Below, one piece after another: positions 52,216-64,000 of a stretch of DNA of 64,000 nucleotides (position 1 is the first letter of the stretch; each line of letters opens with the position of its first letter). The notes under the pieces were generated by a model, which ran no database searches, was not told where the DNA came from, and was given only the letters and a program-made list of their open reading frames with translations. The stretch comes from Fimbriosthenelais zetlandica (Eukaryota): NCBI GenBank assembly GCA_977030845.1, contig OZ365109.1:9858001-9922000 (forward strand), in the 5' to 3' direction. The translations under genes and the position numbers were made by a program.

Positions 52216-55200
52216 ATTCCACCTTATTCAATGTAGCCTTAATAAAAGAAGTACTGTTGCCGGTCTTGTCCCTCTTTTTCGCACGTCTCTGCATGTTCCA
52301 CTGCCATTTTTGCATAACAAATGTACATGTAATTCTGGTGATACACATATAGGCTATATGGACTTAGACATACCTATATACATGTCTTTTCTTTTATTGT
52401 TAATTAAACTTGGATGAACATGACCCTTTTTCAGTAAAATGCAGGAAAGAAATTTCACCATAAAAAGGAAATGAAAATGGAAAGAAAGGCTTTAAATTTA
52501 ACACAACAGGGAGAGGAAACGGGGAATAATAAGCATGAAAAAGGTTTCCAAGTACAATTTTACAAGACAGGAATGCACATTAAGAAAATCTCCTTTCCCG
52601 AATCTTCAAAGACATTTAAGATGAAAACAAAAAGGAACCTAAATGAGAAGGCAGAAAGAAAAACCCTTTATAAGCAAAGGGAATTAAAATTCAACATTAT
52701 TGAAGATGACAAATCCGCTCTAGCTCCGCCCATCTCATACAAGCATGAAAATTAAATGAAATCATCTGCCAAGAATCAAATCATGATTTAAGGAAGAGCG
52801 TTCAATTACTTTGATTAAGACTGGGAGGCTATTTCTAATTTTCTTTAGTCCATGAGAAAACATTACTTCTGGATTCAATACATGTTTGCACGGCATGGGT
52901 TTTTTCATACCTTGGACTTATTTGAGCCTGGAATATTATTTTTGCATTATGTAAGATGCAGGAAGCAATAACATTAAGAGAGCAGAAACTGAATTCAAAA
53001 GAAAGAATCAAAAATTAAAATGGATGGGGGAAAAGGGATAAGATTTGAACAATGGAGCAGACTCGGCTTCGTATTTTTTGTTCTTGCTACATGATTAAAT
53101 TGTAGTTTTATCTGTGTCTTTGGCAAGAGAAATGAGATAAGCACAATTTGAATCACTCAAAAATAATTATAGAAAAAAATCCTTAAATTAAATTTATTTA
53201 TATGTAAGGATGACTATATTAGGTATTAGATCATTTTCCTCCGAGCCTTTGTAAACGATAGTTATAATAATTATTGTTGAAATCAATGATTGGTTATTAA
53301 GACCGAATTTTGTTAAAGGTGGCGTGGGTTGGGCTAGGGGGTATTGGTCTTTATTTATTTTTATTTAAGTCGAGTTTTTCACATCTAAATTTATCTCACA
53401 TTTTTAAAGAAAATCCTATTTGTACATAGTAACATGGAATTTTTAACCATAGTTATTCATCTTTTGGGCTGGGAAACCTTTGAGCCAATGAAACAGGACA
53501 ATGTGGACACTGAATTGATTTTTGTTAAACAGTTTTATTCCTCCATGGCCCTAATCAAGAACTGACATAAGACTGGTGGAATTTCTTCTTCTTGACAAGT
53601 TTAAAAAAAATGGTTTCATTTCAAATGCATGAATTTCAATATGGGTTATTGCCTCCTTAATAAATGAATGGGTGTTAAAATGGGAGTTCAAATTTTACGA
53701 CATCGTAAATTTCTGATCCCATCAGCAAAATGAGAACCATCTGCCAGTTTGGAGATTGAAGAAGAAATAGGTTTTGAGTCGCATTAAGATTTCACTTTGT
53801 TAACATTATCATCAAATTTAAAGTAAAGAATTGTTTGTATTGTTCGAGATCTACTTTTCTGAAAAGGTGATCTAGTTTCTGGGTTCGGTGTTGGCAAACA
53901 GCTTGGTGTGACGTCACTGATATGGCAGTAGCAGCTACCCTTAAGAATGGTTCAAAGTATATCCTATTTTCTAAGTTAAATCTGTTTTGAGTTTAGCAGA
54001 AAATGAAATGATTTGAGAACGAATCAGGATCACGAAATTAGGTCAAAAGTCGTATCTGCCTTGGACGATACCAGATACCTACCTGACTGTCCATGAACGT
54101 CAATACAGCCAGTAGCCTATATTATATGCTAAACCTATGAACTATCCATATTGGGGGTATAACAATACATAATATATAGCATAAGGCTGTTGTCTCAACT
54201 GTTGCTTAGCAATAATGACTTTGATGTTATCCTGCAGACTAATGGACAGACAATGAACAGACACGTTTATAGAGTGATATAAATGACTTATTTATAAATT
54301 AAATGTAGGTTTATACCCCAGTCTTAAAGTTTCAAATTTATTTAATTAAATTAAATTTGATATCAAAGTTTCAAATTGATATAAAACGACCGCAGGAATC
54401 TTATTTTGATAAACTGATTAAAAGACTTGAGCACTGAAATTTCATAATTGTATTTTCAGAAACCATAAACTTATCAATTATCGCTTATGGAATTGATTTA
54501 AAGGTGACAAGCTGAATTTCATGTGATAACAATCTCTACTAACATTTATAGGCTAAACGAGCTTTTTTTTATCCTGTTATCGCTTCAATTTTCAGCCGAG
54601 TAGAAACCCTACATTAATTATTCTGAAAAGCAACGCTACTTTAAGCAAGTGTAAAAACAATGAAGCAAAGCATTAAGAAATTGCGTGTGAGGTTTCTTGT
54701 AAAGTCCTTGATTGGAGTATGCTCTTGTAAGCTGACGGGGGGAAGTCAGTGTAGCCGTGAATACAAGCCAAATGACCGATTGATGGATCGATATTCATCC
54801 ATTATTTAACACCAAAAACAACTTTATGACTTCTCCCCCGATTATCGCTCACCGCTGAGGAATGGGAATGTCACCTTCAGGAATTCCATGTGACGTCATC
54901 AGATAAATAAGCCTCTGTTTGGCATTCAGGATAAGCGTCTCTGATTTGTCTGAACATAGTAGTAACAAAACATTTAAGAATTCCTCCGATAAACTCTGAA
55001 GGAATTTCTCAGCTAAGTTTTTAATCTATTATAAAGTCAGTTAGGCCTATTAGCTCACTACTGCTATACACTAAGTTTACCATTTAGACGGCGATCTTTC
55101 ACCATAGAACTACTATATCTATGCTTTCACAACATCATAAAATCTATCCATTGTTCACAGAATTTTAGAATATAAAACATAATAGAGAATATAGCTTTTC

Positions 55201-55226
55201 TATTTGGACCTGATAGATATATAATT

Positions 55227-55315
55227 AAATGGTTTTTCCAATAACATTTTCAATCAATTATAGCGCAATTCATCATTACTATAATTGATTGAAAATGTTA
55301 TTGGAAAAACCATTT
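55227..55315. repeat. Perfect 37-bp inverted repeat with 15-nt loop
   Basis: 55227-55263 is the exact reverse complement of 55279-55315. Confidence 0.9.
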
Positions 55316-56074
55316 ATTATTATATTATAGGCCTAATCTATCTAGAGCTCTATCGACGGGGTAATTTTGGAGGTTGCAACCTCGACCTCCCTTAGAAAAA
55401 AAAAAAATAAGAGAAAAAAGGAGAGCAAATTTACAAATTTAAGGAAAGAATAGATAAGGAAAGGATGGCTTGTAAAATTGTAAAATATGCCCACCTCCTC
55501 TGATTTTGGGACTGTAAAACATTTATAATTGCAGATCAAACCAATCCTAGACATGCTAGATAAAAATGCACCCTTTCATGTTTTTGCCCCGCCAGCTTAT
55601 TTGACAGAGGAATGCGTGGTGAATTTCACACTTTTATAAATGTGTAAGAGACACTTTTTAGAGGAATTCTTTTACTACATGCAATGGCGATTTAATTAAT
55701 TTTGTCTCCATTTGTCACAGCCCCAACAAACGCCTGGACCAATGTCCAATTTCCATATGCTACACCCTGGATTTATGTGAGTAGTGTAGACAAATTTACC
55801 ACTGTCCCGGGTTCAATGTATTCTACTCTAAATTCTCATTACTTTGATGCATTTTTACAGGTATCTCAAGACGTTAAAGTTTTCTATTCAAATAGTAGGA
55901 AATACATTCTGGCAGTGTGAGACATGATTGGCCTTTGATGACCAAGTTGACAGCACGGGGCTATACTCATATCCCCTTATTACATGCTGCAGTCCCGTTG
56001 ATATGCTTGTATTTAGGCCATTTAGTACAAGCCAAGAGCAGGGGTACATTGAATATAATAAAATTAGTAGCCTG

Positions 56075-56280
56075 TAGGCTTGTATATACAGGGTATTACA
56101 TTAATATTTAAGACTATAAGGTTGTATACAGACCATTATATACGGAAATGGAAGCCTAGGCTTCCATATAGGCTTGTATATTAATTTATATGGGTTGTTA
56201 CAGGAATATAAGTCTAGGCTTGTATATGGACCATTATGGTAATAGAGGTAGGCTCGTATATGGGGCATTATGGTAACAGA
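56075..56280. repeat. Degenerate repeat of TAGGCT(T/C)GTATA
   Basis: Copies at 56075, 56169, 56215 and 56249. Confidence 0.7.
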
Positions 56281-57869
56281 AGCCAGAGATTGGCATGGCG
56301 TCAGATGTTGGAGAATAAAACCTGTCATTCCATTAGGCACATTGTTTTTCTCCCATCATTTTCCACGCATGGCTGACCTCCCAAACATCGAGACTGGACG
56401 CTTGACCATATGAAATTTTCCATATGGTCAACTCATTGATTCGCTTACACTCATGTGGGAGGCAATAAAGGAATAGTATTGGGGAGTGGGTTGGTCCAAA
56501 TAAGATTCTGTTTGAACAATGCATCAGAAAGTCATTCAAGCAAAACATTGTGAAATAAAGGGGAAATGTCAGCTTAACTCACAAAGATGTAGTATATTGA
56601 TCTTTTTCTCAAAACTGAATGTTCAGGGCTTTGTTTCCTTTGTTCGTGCCATATCCCATGGTCACTTCTGTGTGTCTATAGGCCTACTTAATGATTTTAT
56701 CTTCACTGTTAGTATACCTTAACTGCCTATTTTCCAATGAGATAATTTATTGCATTCTCTATTGCCCATCCCTTCCCCTCCTCCCACCCTCCCTCCCTCT
56801 CTTACATACCCTCCCCCCATCCTCCCCCCCCTATATCCTTCCTTCCTCCCTCCCTCCCTCTCTCTCATACCCTCCCCCCATCCTTCCTCCCTATCCTTCC
56901 TCCCCCGCTGTACCCCTCCAACCCCTATGGCTAACACTAAAAGGACTGCCATGTTTGACAGTCGCCCCACTGGCAGAACCAAATCCTTTACATTCTCTCC
57001 CTACATGGGAAAGACCAAGACGTAATCCCTTAAAATTGCGTCTAATCCCAGCCCCTCACCGGTACCAGAGTGGGTTCCCGAGTCCTTAGATTTTACCTTA
57101 ATAGTTAGATGATCAAGCTAAGTCCTACTCTCAGTAATCTCAGGAATTGCCTTGAGTGATAGCCTCAGATGAATCTCAAAATATAACAAACAAAAAATCC
57201 CCGGGGGATGAACCGTTTAATGATCATCTCATTTTTATCAAGGATAATTTGAGTAAGGTATAAAATTTTGATGGATGGGGATCATATAGTTTTGGTTGAT
57301 CGATTCTCCAATGGAAGGTTAGCCTACATCATAGACCTTACAATATTTTGTATCTAATTTTTAAAAATTATAAAGTGAATCTTTGAAGTGCAGAAAGTAA
57401 AAGTGTAGACATAAATAGTATTTAGATATTGTACAGGTAACTCCTTCAATTCGTCAGTAAGGCGTGCGTTAAAGCGGTTCTATCACTGATCTTTTCATAA
57501 TACAAAGTGTCAGAATATTAGTCCATCTCTGCTCCACTGCTCTCACCTCCGACAACACGTATGCTGTGACAGGTATTTCCCAGAATGCCCCAGCCAAGTA
57601 TATGGCTCAATCTGAAAATCAGTAGCTTGACCCTAAGTGTGAACTTTAAAAGTAATAGCTAATCAGCATTCCTTTGATATTTTTATATATAAGCCTATAT
57701 AGTAAAAACACTCCACTGCTGGAGTCCCAGCTTTAGCGATAATGGTGCTTTAATCAACTCCATTATGAGTATATACCACCCTGTTCAATCAAAACCTGCT
57801 CGTATCCTAATGTCCCCAACCCACACAACAATCAATAATTGCCCATATATAAACATTAATGCACCCAGC

Positions 57870-58200
57870 AGTCACTAGGTGCGCCACTAGCCACAAGCTG
57901 CTAATCAATTGCCACACGTCGCTGCAACTGTCGCAAACTTCATTACTTCTGCCTGACTTCCCTCATCCTTTCCCACTACTAAAACTTCAAATCATCGCCT
58001 TTGATGTCTCCAAGCAAGCGTCGAAAGCCCTCGCTCCGTTTCACCGCTCCATTATATTTACATCCGTCGATATGGCCGCCATTAAGGCAAGATCAACGTC
58101 AGTCACTTCCGACAAATTTGAGCGTATCAACGGGTAGTAATTGGATATCCGGGCAGGGGGATTTTTCACTCTTTGTGCAGTGACCGGAAGGTCTATATTC
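57870..58200. promoter_or_regulatory. Promoter-like module (YY1, ETS)
   Basis: ATGGCCGCCAT 58072; GTCACTTCCG 58102; ACCGGAAG ~58183; purine-rich right flank. Confidence 0.5.
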
Positions 58201-58879
58201 TAGACTGATATTGCAGGAGTAGGAGGTTGAAAAAGCTGCATTATCAATGAGGGGGGAATGGCTGAGGAGGAGATGACAGGAGGGAAGTATAGAACAACCA
58301 GCGAGGCCAAGACTTGATATCACACTTCATTAAATAAGAGGCATGACTGGGAAAGGAATCATAAAAAAAATATTAAAAAAAAGGTAATTCAGATAGAGGA
58401 GCAAAGACAGGCCTAACTCGAGAAACATAGTCACAGTGGGATATGCATCAGGCGATTTAAATGTCTTTCACCTTAGGCAGTAGGCTGGTAGTTTGGTTCC
58501 CGCCTACTGTCTAGGTGGCGCTAGGGGCGCCCAGTAGCCTCTCAGTTAGGTCTTGGGACAAGGCTAGTAGGCTGGCTTTTAAATGCCTCTCACCTTATGC
58601 AGTGTATAAATGGCTTAAGCATGCATGCTTAACTCTTGTTATAAAATGAGACTTTGGTTGACACCTTTATTCTGTAGGCCTAACAGTCCCTGTTGCCAGT
58701 TATTTTGCATTATGCAAAGTTTGCTATTACCTCACTTCCACAAAGTATCTGCTGTATAATTTCATGGACCAGCTTGCCATTGTTCAATCTCTGGTATAAT
58801 ATACCTTAAGCAAACAGAATGGAGCTGCGTCTTTGGGCTTTTTCACAAATCTTCATGCAGCAGCTAAAGGTAAATGTAA

Positions 58880-59120
58880 ACAAAGTGCGTGCCGCCATAT
58901 TGACGAACAGGTATCTCCCCCTATCAGCTTTTGCGGGCGATCAGCAAAGTCTACAAACGCCATTTTAAATGGACGACCATGAATCAAGTGCAAATTGTTT
59001 AGTCAATCCGTGGCTGACTACACATTTGCTGCGGGCTAGCTATTTGCTGGCCCACTTACTGCGGGCCTGCTATTTACCAAGTACATAGACGCCATGTTTG
59101 TAGAAACGCTCGGCCAATCT
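58880..59120. promoter_or_regulatory. YY1-rich promoter-like module
   Basis: GCCGCCATATT ~58891; CGCCATTTT 58958; CGCCATGTT 59090; GGCCAAT ~59112. Confidence 0.5.
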
Positions 59121-62100
59121 ATGCCATTACCAAACCTAATGTAAATGGTGCATCAATTTGTGCCAGTCAACAGACCCACGTTCGCCTAATAAGGCCCACG
59201 AAATGAATCACAAAAGTAAATTGTAATACCACTGGAGCATGTAATCGAGTAGGTTCGCCTACTGAGCACACCCAGTGGGGATCTGAGGTCCATCCCCTCT
59301 CCCCCAAAGACAACAGGGGCGGATCTATATTTTTGCAAGGGGGAGTATGTTTGAGCCCCCACCCCCCTCCACCCACTACCCACCATCAACCACAGACACA
59401 CAACAAATGTTTTTAACAAATTATTCTGCAAACGCTTTCCTGCATTCTAGTGCATTCAGGACTATTTACAATATTGTAATGAGAAATTATAAAGGCCTAC
59501 AAAATACACTATTACAAGATAAGATTTAGGCCTATAATCCCTCTGACAAAATGATAAATTTGGAGTCAGCTGGGGGCAGCCCCCACCGACCAAAACCTCC
59601 CGCCTTTTTTCCTCTACACCCAATGGATCCAACACCGCACAAAAAACCCTAGTAATAATCAACAGAACTAAATCCAACATGGCCGACATGACGTAGCACG
59701 TGATCTCGGGGCAATGAAAGCATGAATAAATGAGAGAATAGTTGGAGGGGAGGGATTTGGGATGTTTTAATGTGCGTGTTGGTGGGTCGTGCTTCAATGC
59801 TATATCTATATCAACATCCTTTCCCACTACTAATCATAGGGATGTTTAGGGTCTAGAGAGAAACAGGGGTTGTAAGTGCACAGTTCAATTATATAGGGGT
59901 ACGTGGGCTACGGTTCCATTCTCTAATTTTGGGAAGGAACGATGTTTTTTTTCCAAATGAGTTAGAATCGAGCACTAATTAACAACCCGGGATGGATTCT
60001 TCAGTAGTTGAAGGGGTTTCTGCAGTCGAAAGTCACCTATATCACTTAGGGGGGTTAAATGACCATCATGCATGATTGTTTTTCTTGTTTACCAACAGTA
60101 TAAAGGCAATGACAGTTGACAATTGAAATACTTTTTTTCAAGGGTACTGAATTTTGTCTACATTGTAGGTATTGACTCCATCAGAATAATTTTAGCGTCA
60201 AACGTAATTTATACATAAATGAAAGGCAAATAATGTGTTTTGAGTCTCTTTCGGAAATCGATCAGGCATGAATTATTGATAGACTTGAAGAGAGATGGGC
60301 GGAAGCTCTCGCCCCTATCTCAGCCCTGGGGAAGGTGATGTTGGGTTGGCTGATAGTTAAGGGACTACGCTGGCCTTGATTGGGTGGGAACATCATTAGC
60401 GTTGCTCATACAGATAAGAGTTTTTGTCATCGCCCGCGCAAATTGCCATCAGCTTCTGAGATATTGGTATGGCTTATCTTTGCCTTCTAGCGAATAGGAA
60501 AATATTGTCTCGTTTTTACATGAGAGATAAATTATATAAGGTAATATGGGGCATTTATAGCTTGGATTGACTAACCAAATAACCGAACTGGTAATAACCG
60601 AACTGCCGTAATTTTTAATTTACATAATGCTTCATTGTTTATCGTAACGTGTTAGGCCTAAGTGAATTCGCTCCATTGTGAAGATGAAAATAATAAATTA
60701 CTACGAGAAGAAAGAAATCTGTTGCTAATAAGTACATTTATGTTGGCCTATAATGTAAACAGCCTAGTGTGAAGCAACTTCGTTCCCGTTACAAAGCAAC
60801 ATAATAATTTTACAATGCAAATCTTACTATTGGATCTTCAGTATCTATAATATAGGATAATACCATCAGTTTTAAACATTTTTAATAATTTTTATAAAAC
60901 ATTTTTTGTCATCCGTTGGACTTCCAGAAAGTAAAAAAAAAATCCATTGGGGGACCGATTTATACACAGGACAAGTGGAATGACCTTAGAGAATGGTAGT
61001 GTTATTTGGCCCGGAGCCAATCTGCTATTTTTATTGTCAATAGAAGTCCAGAGTAATGGATATCCTTCATTTAAAGGTGTCTTGTTTATGATAGCTCTCC
61101 TGGCAATAAGGCTGGGTTTAAGACTGTGCAAGCTCTATAAAAGTAACTATAGTCAAGTGACAGATACACTGGGGAGTCGGCTTTATGAGTCTTATAGAGT
61201 TTTACTGTGGTATTTTGTGGAGAAGAAACTCCATGTAGCATACATACATTCGTATACGATATCTATACAGTAGTAGACAATGTATATGACTTGCTCCGGG
61301 CCAGAACCAGGAGGGGGGCCCAATGGAGTTCGTCCCCCTTTGGGGGATAATTTGTTGTCACTCAAAATTAATAATAATCTGACCTCCTCCATGTGGATGT
61401 CATGACACAAGGAGTTACACACCCCACACACTCCCTACATGGGAGATTTTGGATCACATTTTGTATTAAGTTCGTAAAACCAAATTGTGGTCAAAGACTG
61501 GATGACTCAAAGCAGAAACGCCCGTCAAGATTCTTAAATGTCAGGGCTCTTTCCTTTTTCCTGACCCCAAATGCCTTCCTGCCAATTTCTGCCATAAATT
61601 GATGCGGGAATGAAGAGCCAGCATTTCTTATAAGTCAATTAACAATGATTGGGGAAATTAATTATCAATAATTAATACTGACTTGCAATATTATTTTTAA
61701 CTTTTGTTTCTGATTTTTATTCTGGTGATTTTTTTAAACCGAGAGTCACCCTTCATCAGTCATTTGTCATTAGGTGACCCTTTCATAGTCTCAAGGTCAA
61801 ATCCTGGGTCACATTTCTTTCTGAGACTCCGATATCCCAGTAAGACAAAAATGTAGAATGCATATATAGTGTGGTACAGGGTTCTTTCTGCCCTGTCTGT
61901 TTTGATTTTCCCATTACATGTCAAATTATTAAATCAACCTGGCACCAATACAATATAATTATTGATACACATACATGTAATAATAATAGTATCACCCCCA
62001 CCACCCCTTTTCCCTTAATTCACAAATCAAAGCACTGGTTGATACAATGACTGAATCACCCACTGATGGCTTAGGCATCCGTTGTGTTACCCAGTGATTC

Positions 62101-64000
62101 AATGGCACACCAGAAGTGGTTGAGTTGTTCTGAGGCCTGAACCAGTTAAAGTCCAACATGCGAAAAGTGGCAACCAGAAGGTGTCCCGGGCTAAGCCTGG
62201 ACCCCACTCAGTATGTCTAATGGCAGTAATATGGCCTATATAATTCACCATAGAGTAAGGTTAAGTACAGATTGGTTATGACATGTGGTCCGTGGGGTGC
62301 CATCCTTCATCTTGCCTCCAGCGGGCCTTGTACACAATCATCTCTCACCCATCAATATTCCATATGCCTGGGTCCTTACCCTGCCAGCCCACTGCCTCCA
62401 GCCCCTATATACCTGCCCACCCCTACCATCAAAACCCTGTGGTTGATCCAGAGGGGGGCGGTGGGGGTACAACCCCCCTCCTCATTGACAATCACCAACC
62501 CCTCTCTCATCATGCTGTATGGCATGGGGATGCAGACTCACTCCCACCATACATTTCCTATTAGACATAACGGGCCTGGGTTAGTTTTTAGGATGAGGTT
62601 AGTTTTTAGGATGAGGCTTCATTGAGCCCCAAAGGGCTGGAGCTGGAGCGACGTCACCCTGGGATAGAAATAAGGAAGAAAGTGGCAGGAACAGTGGAAG
62701 TGTCCCTTGATTTTGTTTGCTGCAAACTTTTCAAAAGCAAACGAAGTGGGAGTACTTAGGCTACATCGGAACCCCCACAACCCCCCTCTTGAGGAGGAAG
62801 ACCTGAATCACCCATACCATCGAGACCTATGTCCCCCAGACCTCAGTTTGAGCGGATAAGAATGTGGGACCTTGATATGAACAATCCTCGCTCGGAGACA
62901 CAAGCGGCGAGTTTTTTGAGCGAACTTATTTCCAAAATTGCTATTGATTTTATGTCTCGTCGTGTGGGCTTGTTTTGGGGAGGTGGCAGTAGGGCTGGGC
63001 AGGGTAGGGCTGTAAGAGGCCTGCCATGGGAGCCCAGGGAGAGACAGAGAGATTGCTGAATAATTCAACTATGAAATTGCCCGAGTGAGATCAGATCGTC
63101 TGTCAGCTGACTTGGGTCCGTAGGGCATGAGCGCCATCGTCATTTTGTCTGCAAATTAAGCCAGTGACATGGGCCCGGTGGGCAAGAGGCTCCGGGTGAA
63201 AGAGGGATACGGGGAGGGGGGTTGGCTTGAGGAGAAGTTTATACGAGGTTTTAGAAGAATCCATATGATAGCAAGAGACAGCACTGACTAAGTCATAAGA
63301 TGTGCCCTCACTGACTCATCTCAGAGGAAAAGGTGAATGGTTTGCGGATCCAAGGAACCTCACAATTTGGAATCGAGCACAATGATTGACTTGAACCTCA
63401 CTTGGCCTACATGCCTTTTAAGTTGCCTAGGTGTTAGGAAATTTATATGAAGAAAAACATTTTATCCCCCTGGCCTATAGTGGGTCATCAAATTCAGCTA
63501 TTTGACCCACTGTGTTGAGAAGCATGCTAATGGCCAGCAATGTCTCCCAATATCTCCAATATCTAGGTACCATGTTTCCAACTGTCTATGCCATAGTCTA
63601 TGGTGAGAAGCATATAAAAGAACAGCTATATATGTACCTCCCAATGTGGTGAGAGGCAGGCATGTGTTTTGGGTTTATCACAGTACTGCAAAATGTTCGC
63701 GATGCGCGAAACATGGGATTGGGGTTCACCTACTATATAGCTGACTGCATGTATACATGGTAGTATTGAGGCAGTAAAACAAGCCACGGCAGCTTAAGTA
63801 CTGCTGACAGTAATTGTTGCAGTGAAGTATTTGTATACATACATGTATTTGTATGTATACAACAACATTTTACAACCACAGGCTAAGCATTGTTGTGCAA
63901 CGCATCATATACTTCCCTTTCCCATCGCAGGACTGAAGGAAAACAATAATTGCGATAATTTTCAGAGGGGAGAGGACTTACATTAGATCTAGTTAAACAC

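Noticed and set aside
1-64000. CRISPR-like reading of the regular module spacing
   Set aside because: No conserved direct repeat separates the modules, spacing is irregular and kilobase-scale, and there are no cas-like ORFs.

Overview
Eukaryotic, animal-type, mostly non-coding DNA. It is AT-rich with many poly-G/poly-C runs, (CT)n/(GA)n tracts, frequent TAGGCCTA and TACATGTA palindromes and one 242-N scaffold gap. That sequence style suggests a marine invertebrate deuterostome such as an echinoderm, but this is inference only. No ORF in the six-frame track gives a recognisable protein, and I cannot support any CDS, rRNA, intact tRNA or CRISPR array. The dominant unexplained structure is a dense series of about 30 or more short (100-500 bp), mutually non-homologous, CpG-rich modules, roughly one every 1-3 kb across the whole window. 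Each is packed with metazoan promoter motifs: ETS/GABP CCGGAAGT, NRF1 GCGCATGCGC, YY1 AAGATGGCG, NF-Y CCAAT, CRE TGACGTCA, E-box GTCACGTGAC, RFX X-box and CTCF-like sites. Many are flanked by C-rich DNA on the left and G-rich DNA on the right, and a few end in a plausible 5' splice site, yet no gene bodies are visible between them. Also present are a Harbinger/Tourist-like MITE, several foldback/inverted-repeat elements and motif-bearing minisatellites. All transcription-factor assignments are motif matches read by eye, not evidence of binding.
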